Shown piece by piece: positions 55,701 through 64,000 of a DNA stretch of 64,000 nt (the stretch's first letter is position 1; the number at the start of each line of letters is the position of its first letter). The notes beneath the pieces are model-generated. The model was not told the origin of the DNA and did not search any database. It saw nothing but the letters and a program-made list of their open reading frames with translations. Both the position numbers and the translations under genes were made by a program. The stretch is taken from positions 2,188 through 66,187 of IMG/VR virus record IMGVR_UViG_3300004448_000116. The stretch is one strand, 5' to 3'. Origin of the DNA: a virus. Its lineage: Duplodnaviria > Caudoviricetes.

Positions 55701-58667
55701 TTGCTCAAGACATTTCTGCAAGACTAACATAGCCGCTTGTTCAATAGCCTCAATGTGACTATTGACTGTTTCTTGAAATTTACCTTCACTGTCCAGATGC
55801 CGATAACGAGGGTTTGGGATTTCTTTACCTTCCCTGTCCAGATGAGGAGCAATTTCATCATCAGTCACAACATTGAGTTCGTTCTCAATATCGAGCAAAT
55901 CTTGCTCATGATGGTGTTTTTCCATTTTCAATCTGTCTATTTCTTCAACCTGTACAGCATCTGGACTGTCCAAGCGCAGGAGTTTTTGCAAATCGTCGTT
56001 GACTTGATGGAGTTCCATAGAGATGTAATCATGGTTGTGATGGAGTTGTTCAAGTCTTCCATCTTCATCTTCATCTTCATCGGGCAATTGAACCGTTTCA
56101 TCTGAACTCTCAGGCAGTTCCCCTGATTGTCGTGCCTCAAGATAACGCTTGAGGCCAGCGAGGTCCCCTTCAACAAGTGACCCGCCTCCGTGAATCTCAT
56201 CATGGCGTTGTCTTGCCAATTGTTTTTGCGTTTGAAGGGTCTGCAAACCTTGTTCGACATTGCGAACCGTTGCCTCGGGAATAAGAGGGTTTGCCTTTAC
56301 TTGTGCCAGAGAACTGAGGTACTGTTGAAGCAACTCTTCTTTCTCAAAAACGAACTCAGGGGCACTAAAAGAAGGCGGAATCGCTCCTTGTTTTCTGCGC
56401 TCTCTGTGCAACGCCCGCTCAAATTCTATTCTTGGCCCAGCCCCGAATTGAGCGTCGGGTACATCAAGCGGTATCTTTCGAGCATCGTGGGCTCTGACTC
56501 CTTGGGGATGCGTGGAAGGTAATCTTGCTCCTATCATTGCGGCTATCTTGTTGTGAGGCAGTGCCCTTTGTCCTTCCTTGAACGCAGAAGTTGATGTTTC
56601 AATGGCATTATTACCGGTACCCAAGAAGGCATTGTACGGAGCATGTACGGGTGCCTTTGTTGTATCGAATTGTTTGTCTTTGATTCTTTTTGCTGTACCG
56701 GTGTCACCCGCCGACATGGCCGAATGGTATTGAGTGTATGCTTCATTTACTTGTCTTCCTGCAAAGGTGTTGAGGTCACGAGTAATGTGCCTATTGCCAA
56801 ACCCTTTCCAATACACGGGTCCTCGCCCAATACCCATGTGCATTGACTCATCAGGTGGAAAGACAAAATTGACAGGGCCGTGTTCTGAATCTCTGGTAAA
56901 TTCACCACGGAGGTCAGGTACACTATATCCGGGGCGCATGCTGTTCAATTTAACATGAGAGTACCCCGGCAAAGTATCACCTACTGTATCTTCATACATA
57001 GGCCCCATCAAGGGGCGAATATCCATTTCGTGCGCCCCTTGTTGATGTGAAGAAAAATGAGTTGACCTTTCGCCCTCAACCAAATTAGTTGTGTGCTCGA
57101 TGTGTTTTCTGGTTTCGTGAGCCTTGCCCATACCACCTGTCCGCATGTGCGCTTTTGACCAATGATGGCTTAGTGATTCAGGCTCATTCATTGTGTACTC
57201 TTCTGGGTGCGCACCTTCACCTTCGTGCGCAACATAAGGCTGAGAGTGGAAAGCAACAGCATTTCTTGCACCGTGGTCCTTTCTATTTTTACTCATTTCT
57301 TCTTCAAACCTAAGCAGGTATTGTTTGATTTCATCTGGAGCCCAGTCCACTGAATTAGGATTCCACAGTTCCCCGTACAAGGGGTGCTCTCCCTGCTCAT
57401 AGAACCTGTAAGAATCGCCTCTCCTCTGAGTTGAGTCAGGGTCAATACCTGCCGCCAAGAGCAAATCGTTCTTTGAAAAACGGTCCTCGGGCGTACTATT
57501 TGCTGTATTTCTTCGGCGTAATCGACCGCCGCTCGGAAGGAAATATCCATGTTCATGTGGTTGTTTCATGTTGCCCCTTTCAGAATTGTAATCAAGAATG
57601 CGTTGAAACAAATCAGGTGCGTTCTGTTTGAATGTATTCTTAAATTGTACATTATCGTACTTGTAAGGCGGGTCTTTGAGCAATCTGGCAAGGACTGGGT
57701 TGGCGGCATAATTTGGGTGCCCTGTCCAGTGCTGGGCAATAGAAGAATAACGCTGTAAAAAATTACGCTTGGCTCGGGGTATGGAGTAATTCTCCAAACC
57801 CGGTATGGTTTGGTGCTCAGGGCTGTCCATATCATTCTCGGCCATGTGCTGATACACTTGTACACGCTGTGCAGGCGTAAGCCATTCCATTCCGTACAAG
57901 TAGTCCTCTTCACCCATACCTATGCGTCTTCCGCTCTCTTCGTCAATCTCGTCGCTTTGCCAACTTTTGACAGCCTCGTCCATGTGTATTCGGCGTAGGA
58001 ATTTTTCAAATTCTGCACCGTTAGGGCCATTCAGTCTATCGAGGATTTTTGGATTTCTTTCTATTTGTGGTTTGAGAAAATTGTAGTAATGACGCTCATA
58101 CAAATCGTGATTGCTTTGATTTTGCGGCAACGCACCTAAGCCATCAGGTTTTGTAATGTGGTCACTTAACAGATGCTCCTTTTCCCAAGCGTACTCTTTC
58201 TCTTTGTGCTTTTTGGAAACACCATCTGTGAAAAAGGATTCAAGCAAACGAACCCACATAGGTGCCATACTGAATTTTTCGCCGTCTGATTTAATTCCGC
58301 TATGGGTTTCATGCAAGGGGTCGAAATCAAGCGGCGACACATCTGGAAAGTGCTCTGCGCCCGTACCACGAAGTTCTTCCTGACGCTCAGGTGTAAGTTC
58401 GTTGAATTTTTGAATACGGTTTTTAGGCCAATGACTGCCTCTATGGACAGAGTCTTCCAATTTCTGTACTCGTTGTTCTTGTGGATATTGGGTCGGCAGT
58501 GATGACTGATACAGGCCGGGAGCGTCGGCAGAAGTTAAGGGCGGTACCGGTGCATTTCGATTTTCCTCATCTTGATACAGGGACATTGCCCTGTTAGGGT
58601 CAACTCCCAACGCAGAGGCTTGGTTAGCCTCATCTTCTGCGTCTTTCAGCAGAATATCTTCGGACAA
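52776..58667 (-). CDS. 1963-aa protein with C-terminal degenerate ATP-dependent DNA ligase fold (NTase + OB)
   Basis: LQPM, WIVSAFPEGER, YIVDVI, HIFDVV, ERIKIL, DRILMRD..S.Y..G..R..KW, OB-like domain; TTG start with SD GGCGGTGA. Confidence 0.75.
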   Translation of the reverse strand: MSEDILLKDAEDEANQASALGVDPNRAMSLYQDEENRNAPVPPLTSADAPGLYQSSLPTQYPQEQRVQKLEDSVHRGSHWPKNRIQKFNELTPERQEELRGTGAEHFPDVSPLDFDPLHETHSGIKSDGEKFSMAPMWVRLLESFFTDGVSKKHKEKEYAWEKEHLLSDHITKPDGLGALPQNQSNHDLYERHYYNFLKPQIERNPKILDRLNGPNGAEFEKFLRRIHMDEAVKSWQSDEIDEESGRRIGMGEEDYLYGMEWLTPAQRVQVYQHMAENDMDSPEHQTIPGLENYSIPRAKRNFLQRYSSIAQHWTGHPNYAANPVLARLLKDPPYKYDNVQFKNTFKQNAPDLFQRILDYNSERGNMKQPHEHGYFLPSGGRLRRRNTANSTPEDRFSKNDLLLAAGIDPDSTQRRGDSYRFYEQGEHPLYGELWNPNSVDWAPDEIKQYLLRFEEEMSKNRKDHGARNAVAFHSQPYVAHEGEGAHPEEYTMNEPESLSHHWSKAHMRTGGMGKAHETRKHIEHTTNLVEGERSTHFSSHQQGAHEMDIRPLMGPMYEDTVGDTLPGYSHVKLNSMRPGYSVPDLRGEFTRDSEHGPVNFVFPPDESMHMGIGRGPVYWKGFGNRHITRDLNTFAGRQVNEAYTQYHSAMSAGDTGTAKRIKDKQFDTTKAPVHAPYNAFLGTGNNAIETSTSAFKEGQRALPHNKIAAMIGARLPSTHPQGVRAHDARKIPLDVPDAQFGAGPRIEFERALHRERRKQGAIPPSFSAPEFVFEKEELLQQYLSSLAQVKANPLIPEATVRNVEQGLQTLQTQKQLARQRHDEIHGGGSLVEGDLAGLKRYLEARQSGELPESSDETVQLPDEDEDEDGRLEQLHHNHDYISMELHQVNDDLQKLLRLDSPDAVQVEEIDRLKMEKHHHEQDLLDIENELNVVTDDEIAPHLDREGKEIPNPRYRHLDSEGKFQETVNSHIEAIEQAAMLVLQKCLEQGFDPFEMFKDEFGNPRPDTAVAWLMMQGNTFLNVAPHGSHKIGAMMPVVGQVEEENPGEGVSHENMLVNMLETNPYKLNPSGLTDAEWLRKLDLTELVEDEDGNEVVENNVDKGVIEHAIEVKRQLMAKNKAEDKIGREFMVVPSEEIIRRMGGMSDEVYGQKFGDSLPTYLKDEMSFRKIGDKIVDRHPMGNTKSADNVPLENLLLTGAKRRKSRGKEAKPSHIKGTNIHPLHAQDKGWTDRFNRRRKIMQTLTQFENLTKNRPAMKDNFLSHHPLHSSAHQLSPTYFETENKRRRKAGEPELQVPKRYKKPDQVTKHDQHILGLLSTLSGFVSRPVDEQHERKTHSMREDHALELQQIGALGSHDTNAAMAIYSSPSLRYHEGSRNHTVPLGLHIDHTTGEMTAYKKDKPEKMQLITPTLPSVLALAPPEHHSAFGPAHKGAHTLDSMPHSMLPNSANRTIYSGQGTEHNKMDGPSLLASLTNPDVIRKDMPEGVPSLQPMHRIFELSDLEHLRGFTGDWIVSAFPEGERFFVGHKEGKIFSKATLSDEEKDAFKKVSDKQYIVDVIRGKDVLHIFDVVEYDDEKAYEMVVQERIKILRGAMESYEMVHVPSASDTKLTDDDGLASAVKALDTDRILMRDAQSAYMKGEPRHPKWVMLQSGTEVVLMVLDRRGDGPYTYRLGTGPVAHGEDLGDRRVKYEDEDYMDVGAAFESEDKYNVGDLVKVDVTNVTETQASEQQKLYTVHASKIEGEAEGDPLVSSDSLGILAKAEPYQHGVEIFRKGHLVRIEMNEGSVLYKATQTQVGWAVHTPRSDNGYLIRLSESQRPFWSPIVGILLKANMEIEEKAQVHESEDDAEPLIEPKKVKDTDWKKKAVMAKGLEVAMRLLAKSSAGAVSGDNSGAKGLAFDYGSGLQSPGGPTNLDDSNTMPDYDVRDIERDKKDEAEDKKEVDKNSALSSDLELTEDKAVYHTS

Positions 58668-58679
58668 ACGCTCACCGCC

Positions 58680-59030
58680 TCAATAGCGGTCGTTTGCTTT
58701 CTTGTCGCCGCCGTCGGTCAAGTGCCCTGCGAGCGTTGAGATAGCAGTAGGGTAGTAAGGATTCTTGTCGAGAACATTTGATTTCTCAGAGATAGCGCCC
58801 TTGTTGGCAATGTCTTCGACGGAAATAGTGCGTTGGTTGGTGCTGAAATACTGATTTTGTACACCTGTGTCGCCACCAACTTGAGTATGGAACTGCACAT
58901 CGTTAAGGTCAGTTCCTTCTTTCTGTGAGAAAGGAACGCCTTGTTCTTTCAACAAACGCTCTTCAACAACCTTAGCGGCTTTGAGAAGTTGGTCAACTTT
59001 GGGGTCACGAGGTTCGTATCTTGGTCGCAT
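58680..59030 (-). CDS. Hypothetical head-module protein, 116 aa (MRPRYEPRDPKVDQLLKA...)
   Basis: ATG 59030 with SD GGAGTGA; the longer ORF-track start overlaps the upstream gene. Confidence 0.65.
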   Translation of the reverse strand: MRPRYEPRDPKVDQLLKAAKVVEERLLKEQGVPFSQKEGTDLNDVQFHTQVGGDTGVQNQYFSTNQRTISVEDIANKGAISEKSNVLDKNPYYPTAISTLAGHLTDGGDKKANDRY

Positions 59031-59034
59031 GTTA

Positions 59035-59412
59035 TCACTCCATTCCTGTTCTGTTGCCGATTGCGCCTTTGCTTTTGGCATCGGACGCAAGTTGGTGAAT
59101 ATCTCCCCAGTCCATTTCATGGAACTCTCGGTTTGATTCTGGCATGTTAATGCCGTCGATGACTGGGTCAGACTTGAGCAAATCGCTGTGTGAATCTCCT
59201 CGGAACAAGTCAGGCATGACATCGGCAGGCATTGCGCTTCGTCGTGACACAAATCCTGCTTTCTTCAATAGAGCCGCAGGGTCTTGCATTAGACCCTTAA
59301 GCACTTGATTTTCTGCTTTCAAAACCTGCAAGTTGCTGTCCATAGTTTCCATTTTAGAAATTAGTGCAGACATCAACTTCTCGGCGACATTTTCCTCTCC
59401 TTGGTCGCTCAT
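59035..59412 (-). CDS. Coiled-coil head-module protein (scaffold-like)
   Basis: C-terminal 'MDWGDIHQLA' resembles the protease/scaffold terminus 'MSWDEVHSLA'. Confidence 0.7.
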   Translation of the reverse strand: MSDQGEENVAEKLMSALISKMETMDSNLQVLKAENQVLKGLMQDPAALLKKAGFVSRRSAMPADVMPDLFRGDSHSDLLKSDPVIDGINMPESNREFHEMDWGDIHQLASDAKSKGAIGNRTGME

Positions 59413-59421
59413 TCAAATCCC

Positions 59422-59772
59422 TCACAGTGTACGGTTGTTGCGTCGTTGCATGATTGGGCCACGACGAGTTGTTCGGACAGTTCCGGGCAACACACGAGTT
59501 GTTGCTTCGTGAACGGTTTGAGTGCTGTTGAACTTCTGCACCGGGACTCCGCCCACATAGATGTCGTTGATGCCTTGAGGAATGGTGCTGTTGTCTGACT
59601 TGGTAATAGCGGAGTGCACATCGTTTGAAAGGTATTCTGCATACTTCATCACTTCGGTGATGTGAGTTCCTGCATTGTACGAATCTTGTTCTTCAAGTGC
59701 TTTGTAAAAAGCGTCAACATGACCTCGCAATTTGCGAGCCATTGGGTCCAATTTCTTTAGGTCCATGTCCAT
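59422..59772 (-). CDS. Hypothetical head-module protein
   Basis: ATG 59772 with SD AGGGAG; follows the portal gene. Confidence 0.65.
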   Translation of the reverse strand: MDMDLKKLDPMARKLRGHVDAFYKALEEQDSYNAGTHITEVMKYAEYLSNDVHSAITKSDNSTIPQGINDIYVGGVPVQKFNSTQTVHEATTRVLPGTVRTTRRGPIMQRRNNRTL

Positions 59773-59801
59773 GCGATTACTCCCTTTGCCTTTAAGTTTG
59801 C

Positions 59802-61532
59802 TCAAAAACCACCGGTGCTGTCACGGGCTTGCTGTAATGGCGATGCTGGTTGACCTCGTTGCTGAACGCTTCCTATTGGTGAGCCTGAGCCCATCGTTTG
59901 GAAGTTTTGAGGGCTGGCTGGTCCACGATTGCGAAGACCTGCGCCTTGTCCTCCGGGGTTCATAGCGGCCATGCCTGCATTCGCTTGTCCTGCCAACGCT
60001 CCTGCGAGTTGTGGAGGAATGTTGCGTGTAGGTAAGCCACCGGGTTGCCCCATGCCCATACCGCCGCCGCCCGGAGGCATGCCGGGTTGGCCGGGTTGGC
60101 CGGGTGGCATTTCCTGCTTCTTGTAAATGAAGCGTAGGTCACGACCGCCCTCTTCAATGAGTTCGGCCTGATAGCCGAGTTGAGCCATGCGTTGTGCGAT
60201 GTTGACTTCCATTTCATCACGGCGAAGGCGAGTGACTTCGTCTTCCTCTTCGTTTGGATAAAGCGTAAGTTTCCAATCATGGACATCCATTTCTTCCATC
60301 AAACGGGGGAACAGGTTCTCAGTGTACACTTTGTGTCCGAACTCAACGGCACGATTTGTGACAAGGACTTGAAGTCCTTCGTTGTTCAATCCTCCAGATT
60401 TACCAGTGTCCATCATGAATACATTGGACACACCATAGAAAGCGGCCAAACGGGTTCTCATTTCATCACGCACAGAGATGTATTGCATTTCTTCAAGCGT
60501 GTCCATGAACTTAACCCAGTTGACGCCGCCACGGCCGTTTTGGCTCTCTACCGCAATCTTAGGAATGTAGTGCGGGTCACGCTCAAGTTTCTCATCAACC
60601 CCTTTCCAGAAAGATTTCATTGATTCGACATTGTCCGTCGTAATCGAAATAAGACCTCTTGGCACACGACGCTTAGAATATGCAGTGTACATGTAATTGT
60701 CCATGGCTGTGAGAGTCATAGCCTGTCGCCACAGTGTGGCCACCGGACTTCGACCGTACAACTTTGATGGTTGGTACTTACTTACATGCAAGATTTCACC
60801 TTCAAGGTAATACTGCGTTTTACCTGCACCTGCTGTGTTGACATGGTGAACATCTTCCAGTTCATGCCCACATGTTTCGCAGTTCTTGTCGCTTTCAGAA
60901 AAGCCACGCACTTGGTCACGGTGAAGAGGGCAGACTTTGTATCGTCCACCACGCACACCTCGCTTATCAGCGACAATGCGCATAAAAATAGGGTCACCTC
61001 GCAACAACTCTTTGATGCGATAAAATTCAACTTCGTTAGTTTCTGGGTTGACATAGTATTCCTTAATCATCACCAGAAACGCATCATCGACAATGTTCAA
61101 GTCGTATTCAATCTCACGCAAAACATCCATGAACCGCTGTTCCATTGAGTTGCGCTGGTCGATAAGCCACTTTGGATAAACCAAATTGTTAGGGTCAGGC
61201 TTAGAAAGTTCTGTTGCGCCACAGTCGACGCATTCTTCGACATCATGTTGGTGTTCTTTGTCACAAATATCGCACTTCATGTGATAGGCTTTTTCCCAAT
61301 AATAACCCCGGCGAAAAATTTCCTGCTGAAGAGTGGTGATAACCGTACGCAAGATGACATTCTCTGTCGCTACCGAATAAAGTGCGGGAATGGTGATACC
61401 CTGAGCAATCACAGGTTCTTGAATACCGGTGGTCCACAGTGGCATCTGCGGCTCTGGTGTGCGTCGACGGCGGAACCGGTCTGTCAAATTGTTCAATGCT
61501 GTTCGTACTCTTCCCTTTTCTTCTGCCATCAT
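59802..61532 (-). CDS. Portal protein with Zn-ribbon insertions
   Basis: 'GEILHV...LYGRSPV', 'PRGLI', 'MQY...R..LAAFYGV'; position after terminase. Confidence 0.88.
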   Translation of the reverse strand: MMAEEKGRVRTALNNLTDRFRRRRTPEPQMPLWTTGIQEPVIAQGITIPALYSVATENVILRTVITTLQQEIFRRGYYWEKAYHMKCDICDKEHQHDVEECVDCGATELSKPDPNNLVYPKWLIDQRNSMEQRFMDVLREIEYDLNIVDDAFLVMIKEYYVNPETNEVEFYRIKELLRGDPIFMRIVADKRGVRGGRYKVCPLHRDQVRGFSESDKNCETCGHELEDVHHVNTAGAGKTQYYLEGEILHVSKYQPSKLYGRSPVATLWRQAMTLTAMDNYMYTAYSKRRVPRGLISITTDNVESMKSFWKGVDEKLERDPHYIPKIAVESQNGRGGVNWVKFMDTLEEMQYISVRDEMRTRLAAFYGVSNVFMMDTGKSGGLNNEGLQVLVTNRAVEFGHKVYTENLFPRLMEEMDVHDWKLTLYPNEEEDEVTRLRRDEMEVNIAQRMAQLGYQAELIEEGGRDLRFIYKKQEMPPGQPGQPGMPPGGGGMGMGQPGGLPTRNIPPQLAGALAGQANAGMAAMNPGGQGAGLRNRGPASPQNFQTMGSGSPIGSVQQRGQPASPLQQARDSTGGF

Positions 61533-62842
61533 AGCACCTCTTTCCAACTCATGACTGTTTCTTTGTCAATGGTCCAGTCGCCCATTTTTTTATCGAGTCT
61601 TTCGGGGTCATCCTTCCAATTCTCATACTGAACAAACAAGCGCAATTGCTCCTTGTGAATAGAACTATCCTCTTCTAAGCACCTCAATGCGGCCTTTGCT
61701 TGAAGTTCCTTCAATTGTAAATGAGGAAGAACCCCGTCGAGTACTTTCTTCACATCGGACTTAGATTGGAAGTTGAGTCTGTGTACCTTGCGCTTACTGT
61801 TTTTTCCGACAGACTCGTCAAGACTCAGGGTACCGCATCCCAAGGTTTTCTGCAAACGCTCGCAGTGATAACGACCTCTGTCACCAGTAGCCACGGCTGA
61901 TGCTCGTACCTCACCACGCTTGGTGATGAAAATTGAGCCGTCAGCATCAAAGAACCCAGCGGCGTATGCCCACGGGTCTTTGACAATGATACCATCTGTG
62001 GATAAGAGAACATATTCGCCTCTGCGTGGAGCCTTGATGATGTCGACTTCTTCGCCGTACATGCTGAGAAGTTTTGACATGCGGTTAGAATCAACTCGAT
62101 TTGCTCCCTTCTCAATCATGTTTGATGTGATGTCACGGGCACGCATGTGCCCTTTTTCTGAAAGTTCTTGCTTGGCCATGTCGAGCCAGCCTTTCTGTTC
62201 CTTTGTAAGCGTGTCAATTTGGTGCAGTCCACTGCGCCACATTTTCTTAGCATCTTGACGCTGTCCCATAGCAGAGAGCCAAGCGTTTTGTTCTTCTTCG
62301 CCCCAAACATCTTCAAATTCGTCCAACATCTTGAGAGCGTCATCGGCTGATTCCCAAAGCATGCAAGCACGGCGAAGTGTACTTTCTCTTGATTTACCAA
62401 AGAGGCGGAGGGACTTGAGATTTCTGTCACTAAGTCCGAGGTTTCGTATGGTGTCGTGATGGCTCTTTGCCCAAGATACAGAGTCAAGTGTCTTCTGCAC
62501 TTCTTGTGATTTCATTTCCCTAACGCTATTGATTGCTTTGTCAATATCGTCCTTCATGTCTTTCATGTGTCGCCGGGCACGCTTAAAATTCTTGACAACT
62601 TCTTCTGCGCCCTTTCCAAAATGACTGATGAACCATGAATCTCCGTTGATTGGGAAATCTCCGTTCTCAACAAATAATTCTGGCTTTGGTTGAGGAAGGG
62701 TCTGCTTTGCGATGGTAATTGCATTGATTGGCTGGTGCTTTAGCAGAGGGTGCGCTGTCAATGCTGACGCAACAAGGCTGGTCAAATCATCACCGACATC
62801 CAATTGATAGTAGGATGAACCAACCGACAGCGAAGACCACAT
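61529..62842 (-). CDS. Helical N-domain + HTH + single LAGLIDADG domain protein
   Basis: 'AYAAGFFDADGSIFI', 'LQKTLGCG', 'VLPHLQLKELQA'; ATGA-coupled to the portal gene. Confidence 0.8.
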   Translation of the reverse strand: MWSSLSVGSSYYQLDVGDDLTSLVASALTAHPLLKHQPINAITIAKQTLPQPKPELFVENGDFPINGDSWFISHFGKGAEEVVKNFKRARRHMKDMKDDIDKAINSVREMKSQEVQKTLDSVSWAKSHHDTIRNLGLSDRNLKSLRLFGKSRESTLRRACMLWESADDALKMLDEFEDVWGEEEQNAWLSAMGQRQDAKKMWRSGLHQIDTLTKEQKGWLDMAKQELSEKGHMRARDITSNMIEKGANRVDSNRMSKLLSMYGEEVDIIKAPRRGEYVLLSTDGIIVKDPWAYAAGFFDADGSIFITKRGEVRASAVATGDRGRYHCERLQKTLGCGTLSLDESVGKNSKRKVHRLNFQSKSDVKKVLDGVLPHLQLKELQAKAALRCLEEDSSIHKEQLRLFVQYENWKDDPERLDKKMGDWTIDKETVMSWKEVL

Positions 62843-62893
62843 AATGTTCACTCCGTCGTTGGTGCTTTATCAGCATTTGGGTCCCTAATTGGA

Positions 62894-64000
62894 TTAAGCA
62901 ACAAATATGTCATCTCCACCAAAGGTCGGGTTCGGCATGCTCGGGGCTCCAAGGAACCAATTATCAAATCCGGGTATGTCTTCTTCCTCTAACAACACAA
63001 TGCTACCTCGGAATTCTTTCGTACCCCAGTTAGCAAGAGCAAGACCCATAGCCAAGTCGTCATGTGAGCCGACCGATTCTAATCGACCAGCATTGGTCAT
63101 ACCAAATCGACTGAGTTGGGTTTCCAGCATACGAGTATGCTCTCTGCTTTTTTCATCGCCCCAAGGAGTTTTGAGTTGCCCTTGTTCAAGAGCAAGGAGC
63201 AACGACATGAACATGCTTTCCTTACGCTGGCGGGTGGTCATGAAGGTCTTGATTGGAATATCATCACGCATGTCCTTGAGTTCAGCCTCAAACATACGCT
63301 GGAAGTTGTTGCCTTCAAGTTCGATGAGGTCTGGTTGGAACCTGTTGTTGAGAAGGAGCATGCGCTTTTTCTGTGCCATGCCCCCGAGTCCCTTTTCGTT
63401 GACCACATGCACGATTTGCTTGGTGTTGTCACCGGGGACGACACGCAGAACAACCATAGCAGTGTAGTCAGCGTTCTTGTCGGAAGCAATTGCAGGGTCC
63501 CAGCCAATGAAATGCTGACCAAAGATACCAGTGGACTCGCCGTTCTCATCGTACTCGTGCTCGGCATAGTCGAGCAGGGACAGGTTTTCGTCACGGGCGG
63601 ACTCAAGCAATGACATTGGGAACATACTGGATGTATCGTGAATAGGTTCGCAGAGATACTCACGAGCAAACCTGATAGCAGGCATTGAGTTCTCACGCAT
63701 CTTGAGCATATCCAAGTCCCAACGCTCAGGCCAAAGGGCTTCGCCTTTGTCGTTGATAGCAGGGTATGTTTCTACTTGGAAGGTTTCTTTCTGTTCCAGT
63801 TCAGAGTACAGGTCATCGTACGAAAACGGTGTACCAACCATCATCATGCGACCAGTGTGGTGCAGAACAGGGAGCAGGACCGTATAGAACCAGTCAGCGG
63901 CACGCTGAAGTTCGCCTGCGGTCGTACCCCAGAGAATATCGTCACAGACAACCACATCAGGGTGGAAACCACGGGTAGCACCACCAACGGACTTTGCCAT
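62894..64000 (-). CDS. terL: Terminase large subunit (5'-truncated by the window edge)
   Basis: Walker B VVCDD, VGTP, WPERW, FAREYLC, nuclease motifs IGWDPA..DYT and HDDLAM. Confidence 0.95.
   Translation of the reverse strand: MAKSVGGATRGFHPDVVVCDDILWGTTAGELQRAADWFYTVLLPVLHHTGRMMMVGTPFSYDDLYSELEQKETFQVETYPAINDKGEALWPERWDLDMLKMRENSMPAIRFAREYLCEPIHDTSSMFPMSLLESARDENLSLLDYAEHEYDENGESTGIFGQHFIGWDPAIASDKNADYTAMVVLRVVPGDNTKQIVHVVNEKGLGGMAQKKRMLLLNNRFQPDLIELEGNNFQRMFEAELKDMRDDIPIKTFMTTRQRKESMFMSLLLALEQGQLKTPWGDEKSREHTRMLETQLSRFGMTNAGRLESVGSHDDLAMGLALANWGTKEFRGSIVLLEEEDIPGFDNWFLGAPSMPNPTFGGDDIFVA

Noticed and set aside
53268-55727. Long + strand ORFs (356 aa and 264 aa)
   Set aside because: Antisense shadows of the 1963-aa gene, with complementary-codon composition and no RBS.
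52776-58667. Annotation as an active DNA ligase
   Set aside because: Motif I and motif V lysines are absent.
59031-59252. N-terminal extension of ORF 58680-59252
   Set aside because: Overlaps 59035-59412 in another frame; ATG 59030 has a good SD.
60039-60108. CCGGGTTG tandem repeats
   Set aside because: They encode the Pro-Gly-Gln tail of the portal; codon-level low complexity only.
61529-62851. Intein or group I intron carrying the LAGLIDADG domain
   Set aside because: Flanking terminase and portal genes end and start normally; no Hint-domain terminal motifs seen.

Overview
A 64-kb piece of a large head-tailed (HK97-fold) dsDNA virus of archaea. Gene content (RFC, PCNA, PolB, PriS-PriL fusion, MCM-like helicase, ERCC4 nuclease, thermosome, ligase-fold protein in the head module) and gene order suggest a 'magrovirus'-like virus of marine Poseidoniales (MG-II); this assignment is an inference, not a database match. 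The + strand (1-14.8 kb) is a translationally coupled replication/recombination operon interspersed with Cys-rich microproteins. The - strand (64-14.8 kb) is the morphogenesis block: terminase, LAGLIDADG-domain protein, portal, a 1963-aa protein with a ligase fold, prohead protease/scaffold, major capsid, neck, tail tube, chaperones, a 154-aa tape-measure-like protein, two paralogous tail-tip proteins and a 5478-aa adhesin, followed by an HMG-CoA lyase and an HExxH protein. Main leads: a recurring hydrophobic-hydrophobic-Lys leader/junction motif (including AWxxLK leaders) that could be a capsid cargo-loading and processing code; a ligase domain without its catalytic lysines; a miniature tape measure; a PIP-box-bearing wHTH-DUF1599 protein; a divergent pair of unannotated membrane micro-ORFs, one sharing a promoter motif with the capsid operon; and apparent avoidance of several restriction sites. 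No tRNA, rRNA or CRISPR array was recognised. All product calls come from motifs and synteny read by eye.
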